From IMG/VR virus record IMGVR_UViG_3300022542_000376: a DNA stretch of 42,921 nucleotides; one strand, given 5' to 3'. Every line of letters begins with the position of its first letter. Position 1 is the stretch's first letter. This DNA is from a virus. The notes under the pieces were generated by a model. That model made no database searches, had not been told where the DNA came from, and was given only the letters and a program-made list of their open reading frames with translations. The translations under genes and the position numbers were made by a program. Positions 24,632 to 32,174 of the stretch are shown here, one piece after another.

Positions 24632-24739
24632 CTACCAGAAGGGTATTGCTAGGATGTTGTTGATGATAAAGCCTACCATCATAACAAAGATGATGAGCCA
24701 GATGACATAGGCTATAGCACCTCCAACTGTGACTTTCAT
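24632..24739 (-). CDS. Single-TM peptide, 35 aa (MKVTVGGAIAYVIWLIIFVMMVGFIINNILAIPFW)
   Basis: ATGA overlap with the upstream stop; hand-translated. Confidence 0.5.
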   Translation of the reverse strand: MKVTVGGAIAYVIWLIIFVMMVGFIINNILAIPFW

Positions 24740-24957
24740 TGTATCTTCCTCCCTGGCACTATTGATGGCCTTAGATAGCCACCAAGTTGTTCGGCATGGA
24801 TTTCCTCTTTGCTGGTTGGATCATAAGGGCCCTTGTGCCTGAACTCTCGCTCCTTTCCACAATACTTGCACTCGGCCTTGTTGCCATCAGAGCCTTGAGG
24901 CCTAAACATCCAGTGATGGGCCTTGGTGGGAGACCTTCTACAGTAACCAGGCTTCAT
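24736..24957 (-). CDS. Basic Cys/His protein, 73 aa (C...HH...CKYC)
   Basis: ORF overlapping the upstream gene by 4 nt. Confidence 0.5.
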   Translation of the reverse strand: MKPGYCRRSPTKAHHWMFRPQGSDGNKAECKYCGKEREFRHKGPYDPTSKEEIHAEQLGGYLRPSIVPGRKIQ

Positions 24958-25532
24958 GACAGGAACCTCTTTAGCTTCTCATGGATGATCTTTGTCCTCT
25001 GTTCATCTCTCCTGTTCATTAACTTTACAATCCCAACCCCTGTGGCCTCTATCTCTACCTTTAGCGCTATAAGCTTCTTGGCACTCTGCTCTAGTTTGAT
25101 AGGGTCCTCGGTAATGAGAATCTGTCGGTACAGTTCTGCCCTGCGCCTCACTAGTCTCCTTCTGTGCAGTTTCACCTCGTTGCTCAATTGGTGCAATGCT
25201 CCGGTTCCATCTGGCCGTCCGCCTCGTCTGTGCTCTTTCCTCCATTCAGACTTATGCAGGTGGTAGACAATCATCCACTTGCCTAAACAGGCCATATGTA
25301 GGCGGCTATACCTGAGGCCTTCCCTCTTGCCAACCCTTCTCTTGCCGGTAGGCTCCTCAAACTTATCTCTCTTGAGGGATGCCCGGCGGAGCTTCTGGAC
25401 GGCCTCCTGCACCTTTCCAAACCGAGTCATCACTAGTGCATGGAGTTCTCCAACTTTAATTAGCTCCTTGCAATGCTGGCAAAGGGCAGTCTCGGTGATC
25501 TTTTTATTTACATGTAGTAGGCCTATGAACAT
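24954..25532 (-). CDS. Highly basic protein, 192 aa, unknown function (regulator candidate)
   Basis: ATG 25532 with GGAG 6 nt upstream, downstream of the promoter at 25566-25594. The track start 25736 lies upstream of that promoter. Confidence 0.55.
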   Translation of the reverse strand: MFIGLLHVNKKITETALCQHCKELIKVGELHALVMTRFGKVQEAVQKLRRASLKRDKFEEPTGKRRVGKREGLRYSRLHMACLGKWMIVYHLHKSEWRKEHRRGGRPDGTGALHQLSNEVKLHRRRLVRRRAELYRQILITEDPIKLEQSAKKLIALKVEIEATGVGIVKLMNRRDEQRTKIIHEKLKRFLS

Positions 25533-25565
25533 GAACGACTCCAATACTCTTATTACTACAAGTGT

Positions 25566-25594
25566 ATAATAGCATGGGGGTCGTCTCATGTCAA
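25566..25594 (-). promoter_or_regulatory. Sigma70-like leftward promoter (TTGACA, 17 nt, TATTAT)
   Basis: On the minus strand, -35 is at 25594-25589 and -10 at 25571-25566. Confidence 0.65.
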
Positions 25595-25767
25595 TATGGG
25601 TAGTGTGTGTACACTCTTTAGCATTATATGACTCCCACACGACCCCTCCATAGTTACACTCTCTATGTAATAGATGTTTAGTAGTCGTCTGCGCCTTCAG
25701 ATGGCTATAAATGCACACCATTACACACGAAAACACTCAAATAGCTACGCATATCACTCCAAATAGC

Positions 25768-25797
25768 TTGACAGCCACCCCTCAAACGTGTTACAAT
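25768..25797 (+). promoter_or_regulatory. Sigma70-like late rightward promoter (TTGACA, 18 nt, TACAAT with TGn extended -10)
   Basis: TTGACA at 25768-25773 and TGTTACAAT ending at 25797; first late ORF starts at 25810. Confidence 0.65.
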
Positions 25798-25809
25798 GAG
25801 AATGGAGAG

Positions 25810-26487
25810 ATGGAACCTATGGAAACTCCAGAAGGCGTCCAGATCGTGCCCACAGGCCAAGCAGAGCCCAATCCTGACGACATCGAGCAGACTCTAAGGG
25901 CCCAACTTCCTCTATTTGAGAACCCAAGGAAGGCTGACTACCTCGCAAATAGGGCCTGTGGGTTCAGTATCAGAGAATCTGCTGCCCTTGCTCACGTTGC
26001 ACAGCACACTATCTCTGACTGGAGGCGCAATGACCCTGTATTTGCTGAATGGGAGGGCCAGAGGCTAACATACCTTCAGACCAATCTCCTTGGCATCGTC
26101 CAGAGGGCAAAGTTTGCCCGCAATATGATGCTAGGCATGATTATTGATGGCAAGGTGTTGCAGAAGGCAGCCTTTAGTGGCCTGGCCAGTTTAATAGAGG
26201 TGGAGAAGGAGTACCTCCTCAAGCTGGCCCGCAAAATGTACGATCCGCAGGCCCTTCTGGCCCTTGAGCGAGCCTGTGGTGAGGCACCTGATGACGGTGA
26301 TACTAATATCAGTATTGAGAAAGCTGTTGTCCTCGTGGATGGCCGAGAGGTGACGACAGTAGAGGCCAAGCAGGCTGCTGCTAGTCAACTACTAGAGCAG
26401 TTCACTGCCAATAGAAACAAGTTCATTGCAGATGATCGGGACGGGGAGCTAGTTGAAGGCAAGGTAGTCAATGTTGACGGTGAGTAG
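25810..26487 (+). CDS. terS: Small terminase subunit candidate (HTH-containing), about 225 aa
   Basis: Lies immediately upstream of terL. HTH-like FSIRESAALAHVAQHTISDWRRNDPVF. Start at 25810 or 25819; the track start 25711 lies upstream of the promoter. Confidence 0.55.
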   Translation: MEPMETPEGVQIVPTGQAEPNPDDIEQTLRAQLPLFENPRKADYLANRACGFSIRESAALAHVAQHTISDWRRNDPVFAEWEGQRLTYLQTNLLGIVQRAKFARNMMLGMIIDGKVLQKAAFSGLASLIEVEKEYLLKLARKMYDPQALLALERACGEAPDDGDTNISIEKAVVLVDGREVTTVEAKQAAASQLLEQFTANRNKFIADDRDGELVEGKVVNVDGE

Positions 26488-26616
26488 CCTAATCAAGTAC
26501 CTCAAGGCCAAACAGTGCCTCTATCCACAGATGCACTTAGAGACTATGTTACGCTTTGACAGGCTACTGACCTGCCATGAGGTCGGTGTGAGGACGTGGA
26601 GAGGTTGGCGTAACAA

Positions 26617-28038
26617 GTGGTAACGGCAACTAGGCCTCCACAACTGTCCCAGGTAGGTGCCCTGGCTATCGCTGCCCGTGATGGCGACCAGCGGACCTAT
26701 GCCAAGGCTGTCCATAACTATGAGTATGAGTTCTACCAGGATGCCTGGGCACATGGCCTAGAGACTCTCAACGAGGTAGTCATCGTTTGCCCTCCTGATA
26801 CCTACAAGTCCACAACCGTTCGCCACTTTGTTGAGCGGGCCATTGGGAGGAACCCCGACATCCGCATCCTCTGGATAATGAACGCTGGCGATCAGGCCAT
26901 GAAAAATGTTATGGCCGTCAGGCAAACCATAGAGGGCAACAATGTCTACCGTCAGGCATTTGGTATTGCAGAGGATAAGGACTCCCAATGGACTAACTCT
27001 GTTCTGTTTGTCAAGCGGGACTACAAGGGCCCTGACCCTACTCTCATGGGTGCTGGCATTAATGGTCCTTATCAAGGCCTCCACTTTGATATTGTTATCC
27101 TCGATGACCTCACTGACCAGGAGGACCCTCGCAGTCCCACTACCATGTTGGCCCAGGAGGAGAAGCTCCGTGGGGTCATCATTGACCGTGTGTTGGAGGG
27201 TGGACGTATCATTGGTATCTGCACTCGTTGGGGTGAGACCGACCTAGTGCCCACCTTTGCCGACATGGGTTTTACTATAGTCGAGATGCCTATTGTGGGT
27301 GATTACCCTTGGGGGCCAACTCTCTCACCTACACGCTTTCCCCCTGAGCGCGTCGAGATCATACGCCAGAAGAAGGGTGATGTCCTCTTTGCCATGACCT
27401 TTATGTGCAATCCACAGGCTGTTGGGGGTAATCTCATCAGCCGTGAGCATATTGGTTACTGGGAGAAGGATACATTCCCTACGAAGTCGATGCCCTTCTT
27501 CATGGGAATAGACCCATCAGCTTCCCTCAAGACCTATGCCGATCACTCCGCAATAGCTACAGTGGGAATAGATTGGAAAACGAGGGTCATGTACCTCGTA
27601 GACATGTGGTGTAAGAGGGTAGAGACTCCTGACCTTGAATCCCAAATCGTCAGGAAGTTTAGGCGCATGGGTGCTATACGGAGGATAGGCCTTGAGACTA
27701 AGGGTTTCCAGTTGAGCCTGTTGCAGGGTATGAGGAGGCGCTACCGGCTTCCGTTTAAGGAAATACCCTACCGCACCCGCCGCACCCAGATGCAGAAGGT
27801 AATAGCAGTTGATAATGACAAGGTGGGCCGGGCTCTCTACCTTGACTCTCTATTCTCTAGTGGACGGCTATTGATTCCAAGGGGCCTTCCGCTAGTAGAG
27901 GGTATTTCCCTCGAATCGGAACTTTGCACCATCCCTAATGGTAAAATGGACGACCGCATGGACGCCTTGGCCTTTGCCTGTGTGCTTGCTGAGGGCGCTA
28001 TGCCTATGAGTCTCAAGGTCCGGATAAGGGGGTTCTAG
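26617..28038 (+). CDS. terL: Large terminase subunit
   Basis: Deviant Walker A VCPPDTYKSTT, Walker B IVILDDLTDQED, nuclease-domain MGIDPSAS...HSAIATVGID...DDRMDALAFA. Confidence 0.88.
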   Translation: MVTATRPPQLSQVGALAIAARDGDQRTYAKAVHNYEYEFYQDAWAHGLETLNEVVIVCPPDTYKSTTVRHFVERAIGRNPDIRILWIMNAGDQAMKNVMAVRQTIEGNNVYRQAFGIAEDKDSQWTNSVLFVKRDYKGPDPTLMGAGINGPYQGLHFDIVILDDLTDQEDPRSPTTMLAQEEKLRGVIIDRVLEGGRIIGICTRWGETDLVPTFADMGFTIVEMPIVGDYPWGPTLSPTRFPPERVEIIRQKKGDVLFAMTFMCNPQAVGGNLISREHIGYWEKDTFPTKSMPFFMGIDPSASLKTYADHSAIATVGIDWKTRVMYLVDMWCKRVETPDLESQIVRKFRRMGAIRRIGLETKGFQLSLLQGMRRRYRLPFKEIPYRTRRTQMQKVIAVDNDKVGRALYLDSLFSSGRLLIPRGLPLVEGISLESELCTIPNGKMDDRMDALAFACVLAEGAMPMSLKVRIRGF

Positions 28039-29990
28039 TGGCAGAGATGACAGAAGTTGATGCCGCCTACGTCAACCGCCTTCGAGAGGAGTTAAAGACC
28101 GAGTTCTCAGGTCTCCATAAGCGTATGTCTGAGATTGAGTCGATACGCTACCTGGAGGATGACATAGGGCTGCCCGCAGAGGAACGCTCCTCTGGCCTGG
28201 AGATCCGCATTGGCGCGACAGGTGAGTTGATCGAGAACGTTAAGGCTGCTCTCACCTCCAATGTCCCTGTGGTGGTCTTCAAGCCTTTGCGCTCTGGTTC
28301 TGATGCTAAGGAGAACAGCAACAAGCGGGAGAAGTTCTGGGCGGAGTACCTCAAAACTATAAACACTCCTGTGCCTGTGTTCCCTGAGCTTGCGGATGCG
28401 CAGGCTGGACCTGGTGTTGGTATCCTCAAAGGCATGTTCTACCCTTGGCCAAAGACAGAGCGTAGACGCCTCAAGAGTGAGCCCGGAACAAAGGCAGGGG
28501 ATAAGGCCTATAAGGATCGCCAGAAGGCCCTTAAGCGTCTGTGGGGGCCGCCCTTTAGGACCATCACCATCCATCCCCTTACGTTCTTCTTTCGCCTTGG
28601 TGATGGCAACCAGATTGTAGAGTCTATTGAGCACTCCTACAAGCCTAGGCGTGTCCTTGAGAAGGCCTATGGCAAGTTTGGTGTTCAATCGGAGCCTGTG
28701 AAGGGTGATGAGGCCCTGCGGCAAGCTGGAGTTGCTGGGCAGCCCGATGAGGAGATCAGGCCACTCCCCGCTGGTGCAGACACCTCCACTATGGCCCTTG
28801 TCACTGAATACTGGAACCCTGAACTCTACCAGGTCTATGTCAACAATGAGAAGGTGTGGGAGGAGAAGGATCCTAGCGTCCGTTATTTCCTGGCTGTGGG
28901 GCGCACTACCAGCAGTAAGGACCCCGACAAGTTTGGTATGTCTGTGGCCGAACTAATGAGGCACAACGAGCCTACTATCAACCGTGCCCTTACGCGCGTG
29001 GCCGAGGCTATGGAGATAGTTGTTCGTCAACGTCAGACCGTAGAACTTCCTGAAGGTTCTAGTGAGGGCCTGATGGATCCTCCTCGAAGGCTTGTTACCA
29101 CGGGGGAGGGTGAGGGTGGTGAGTCTAACGAGCCTGTGGCTCGCACCTGGAGGTTCAAGGCAGATGTGGCCGAGGCTCTACCCGCTGGTGCCAAGCTTGT
29201 CAATGTCTTTGAGGGTGCCGAGAGTGTCTTTGGCGCCTTGCCCTTCATCCAATTTATGATGCAGATTCTAGGTACTCATGGTGTCTCACCTATCTTCAAG
29301 GGTATCCCACCTGGTGCTGCTGGCTCTGGCTACCGTGACAACTCCATCTACCTTATGGCTCTAAGTCAGTTCCAGTACATCCTAGACTCCTTCGCCGCCT
29401 GTGTCACCGAGTATGTCCGCTGGATGGAGGAGCAGGTTGTAAAGAAGGCAAAGCAGGAGGTGTTTGTGAATGATCTCTCGCTTACGCCCGAGGACATACG
29501 TGACTTTCCCTCTATCATTGAAATCCACATTGAGCCTCTTCTACCGCAGAACATCATCGCTATGGGCCAGTTCTACGCTCGTATGCACGCCGAGGGTCAC
29601 GCAACCCGCCGCATGGTTATTGAGAAGGGTATGCGGGAGCAGCAGCCTGAGGAGATCATCCGTGAGATGTACCTCGAGGATGCCCAGGCCATGATGCAGC
29701 CCATACTCATTCGAGATGTCCTCCAAACTGTGGGTGCTATACCGCCACCTGCGCCGGCCCTGGTTGGCCCTGATGGTAAGCCTATCAGCAGTGGTGGTAA
29801 CGGTGCTACTGGCGGCCCTGGAGGTGTAGAACAACTCATGGCCGAGATCATGAGTGGGAAGGGCACCAGAGGACAGCGTCCCGGTGCTGGTGAGGCTGGT
29901 CAGGCTATGGGTGGCTACACCCGTGCTGGCCAATCTCGCCAACCGCCAGAGGAGGCCGGAGCTTCGCCCGGATTGGAGCAGCCTGTCTAA
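28038..29990 (+). CDS. Portal protein candidate, 650 aa
   Basis: Size and position directly after terL (TAGTG overlap); Gly-rich acidic C-terminus. No motif-level confirmation. Confidence 0.65.
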   Translation: MAEMTEVDAAYVNRLREELKTEFSGLHKRMSEIESIRYLEDDIGLPAEERSSGLEIRIGATGELIENVKAALTSNVPVVVFKPLRSGSDAKENSNKREKFWAEYLKTINTPVPVFPELADAQAGPGVGILKGMFYPWPKTERRRLKSEPGTKAGDKAYKDRQKALKRLWGPPFRTITIHPLTFFFRLGDGNQIVESIEHSYKPRRVLEKAYGKFGVQSEPVKGDEALRQAGVAGQPDEEIRPLPAGADTSTMALVTEYWNPELYQVYVNNEKVWEEKDPSVRYFLAVGRTTSSKDPDKFGMSVAELMRHNEPTINRALTRVAEAMEIVVRQRQTVELPEGSSEGLMDPPRRLVTTGEGEGGESNEPVARTWRFKADVAEALPAGAKLVNVFEGAESVFGALPFIQFMMQILGTHGVSPIFKGIPPGAAGSGYRDNSIYLMALSQFQYILDSFAACVTEYVRWMEEQVVKKAKQEVFVNDLSLTPEDIRDFPSIIEIHIEPLLPQNIIAMGQFYARMHAEGHATRRMVIEKGMREQQPEEIIREMYLEDAQAMMQPILIRDVLQTVGAIPPPAPALVGPDGKPISSGGNGATGGPGGVEQLMAEIMSGKGTRGQRPGAGEAGQAMGGYTRAGQSRQPPEEAGASPGLEQPV

Positions 29991-30295
29991 TGCCCATTAT
30001 AGCTGGCCCTGAGCTAGACAAGATCAAGAAGGAGCTAATCGAGTGGTATCTAACCACGAGAGAGTGGCTCATCAACACCCTAGAGGAGGGTGGCTATCCC
30101 TACGGTGCTCATGAGCTATCACCTGCGGAGCAACTCCAAAAGTTTATGGCGATGACTCCTGAGGAGTGGCGCTACATGACAACTAAGCTGGCCGAGAGGT
30201 ATCGTGGTCGGCCCGACCAGCGTGAGTTGGTTGAGGCTGACCTCAGAGACTACACGACTCGCATGACTCGGATGATGGGAGGTGTGGCAAGATGA
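29990..30295 (+). CDS. Hypothetical head-module protein, 101 aa
   Basis: TAATG overlap with the portal stop. Confidence 0.55.
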   Translation: MPIIAGPELDKIKKELIEWYLTTREWLINTLEEGGYPYGAHELSPAEQLQKFMAMTPEEWRYMTTKLAERYRGRPDQRELVEADLRDYTTRMTRMMGGVAR

Positions 30296-31080
30296 TACGC
30301 AAGGTGTTTGTGGGTGGCAAGCCTTACCTGTTGGACGAGGATGGCATCATGCTCCCACCTGTCATGGGAGGGCAGGAAGTCTATGGCCCACCTGTTCCTT
30401 CAGATTATGTGCCTCCGGTGGGTTCGCAGACGCCCCCTGGTGGCGTCTATGACGCTGTTACTGGGCAGCCACCAGGTACTCCCATAATGCCCAACCCTGA
30501 TGACTACTGGGTTAAGATGGACTCGGATCCAAACTCTCTCACGTTTGGCCAGGAGTTACCGGCGTCACCTGGTGAGGCAGGGGCCTGGCAAAACGTCTAC
30601 TCCTACAACAAAGACCTGGCCGACTACTTAGAGTTCGGTACGCCTGGGGGCCCTGGTGGCCCTGGAGCCACTACTGGCCCTACCGCTGCCGAACTGGCCA
30701 TTGAGCAGTCGAAGGTGCAGGCCGCTAACATGGCCAATTACCTTGATGGTGTGATACGAGGTGTTGAGGCCGAAATATCCGCTGGCCGTCTTAGCCTTGA
30801 ACAGGCTGAGGCAGAGTTCAATCGCCGCATGGATGCTCTTGGTGAGGCTGGCACTCAGATGGCTGCGATGTGGCAGTGGACTGTGCCGGAGGATGCTGGT
30901 GCTCTACATCCTGACATCAGGGCAAACCTGGGCATGGAGCCCTGGGAGTCTCAGCCTATGACCTGGGACCCTTATGCCCTTGCACAGCAGATTATAGCTG
31001 AGACTCCTGAACTCACCGGTCAGCCAATTGCAACCGATCCAATTCAAGAGGCCATTGAGCTGGCCCAGGGGCTCATCTAG
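30292..31080 (+). CDS. Pro/Gly-rich head-module protein, 262 aa
   Basis: ATGA overlap with the upstream gene. Confidence 0.55.
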   Translation: MIRKVFVGGKPYLLDEDGIMLPPVMGGQEVYGPPVPSDYVPPVGSQTPPGGVYDAVTGQPPGTPIMPNPDDYWVKMDSDPNSLTFGQELPASPGEAGAWQNVYSYNKDLADYLEFGTPGGPGGPGATTGPTAAELAIEQSKVQAANMANYLDGVIRGVEAEISAGRLSLEQAEAEFNRRMDALGEAGTQMAAMWQWTVPEDAGALHPDIRANLGMEPWESQPMTWDPYALAQQIIAETPELTGQPIATDPIQEAIELAQGLI

Positions 31081-31091
31081 GAGGTTCCATT

Positions 31092-31904
31092 ATGGCTCCT
31101 GAATACCCTTATCAGACCTGGCAAAGGCTCTTTGGGCGCGGTTGGCCTTCGTTCGCTGAACTAGCCGCTTTGTATGCTAGGCGAGGCATCAAAGCCGCAC
31201 CTGGTTCATATGAAGGCAACATAGCTCTCCAGAAGGCTGTGCTAGGAGGCTGGGACCCGTATGCACCAGTTCCTAAACCTGCACCTAAACCTGCACCAAA
31301 GCCTGCCCCTAAGCCTACGGGCAAGCCTGCGGAGTATATAACTCGTTCTCCGTCTTCTACTGCGATGCAGATCGAGCCTGGGATGTGGCAGGCTATTGAG
31401 GAGGAGCGCCTTGAACTAGAGCGCCAGATTGCTGCGGAGTTAGCTCGGCTGGAGGCGGAGCGCATTGAGCTAGATCGGCAGCGGGCGGAGGCGGAGCGTT
31501 GGGCTATAGAGGGGAAGCTAGCCGTCTCACCTATTGACTTTGTAGCCTACGAGTTGTACAAGCGTGAGTTAGAGGCAGGAGGCTACACACCCAAGACTGG
31601 CGCAGCGGCCACCGATCCTGAGATTCAAGCTATGGTCAGCCAGATAACAGGGGAGGTAGGTGGTGGCGGCTATGGTGGAGAGTTTGGCACCTACATTCCT
31701 GCTATCCAACAGTGGTCACGCTCAGGGTTCCAGGATGTGAGCCCTGATGAAATGGCAATCATTAGTAGTTTCCTGAAGGCGGGACTAACTCCCTCCGGGG
31801 ACGGGGAGGAGTTCAGCTATGACCCTCAGGAATACTTCCGTGAGATGGAAGAGGGATTCGTCCCCTTCATCCAGACACCAGCACAAACCCGTTATCAGTT
31901 CTAA
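31092..31904 (+). CDS. Protein with a (PKPA)4 repeat and a coiled-coil segment, 270 aa
   Basis: AGGAGG RBS. The 12-nt tandem repeat at 31269-31331 encodes VPKPAPKPAPKPAPKPTGKPA. Confidence 0.6.
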   Translation: MAPEYPYQTWQRLFGRGWPSFAELAALYARRGIKAAPGSYEGNIALQKAVLGGWDPYAPVPKPAPKPAPKPAPKPTGKPAEYITRSPSSTAMQIEPGMWQAIEEERLELERQIAAELARLEAERIELDRQRAEAERWAIEGKLAVSPIDFVAYELYKRELEAGGYTPKTGAAATDPEIQAMVSQITGEVGGGGYGGEFGTYIPAIQQWSRSGFQDVSPDEMAIISSFLKAGLTPSGDGEEFSYDPQEYFREMEEGFVPFIQTPAQTRYQF

Positions 31905-31914
31905 GGAGGTTATC

Positions 31915-32172
31915 ATGCCAGATGGAAGGCCTTATGGAGTAGGGTCTGCTGTAGACACTGACCCACGCCGACGCCGGATGTTACAGGTTACACAGGGCTT
32001 TCTGAATCAAGGACCTGCTAGTGCCGGTGCAGAGCCTCGTACTCGCCCTAGCACGTACCCAGATGTTAGAGGGTTTGCCAGCACCCCTGTTGGCAAAATG
32101 CTCCTCAGGAACATTATGGCACGGATGCAGGGGGCACGAGGACAAGCTCAGCAGAGGCCTATTAGGAGGTAG
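31915..32172 (+). CDS. Small basic protein, 85 aa
   Basis: ATG 31915 with AAGGAGG 5 nt upstream. The track start 31819 overlaps the upstream gene. Confidence 0.55.
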   Translation: MPDGRPYGVGSAVDTDPRRRRMLQVTQGFLNQGPASAGAEPRTRPSTYPDVRGFASTPVGKMLLRNIMARMQGARGQAQQRPIRR

Positions 32173-32174
32173 CC

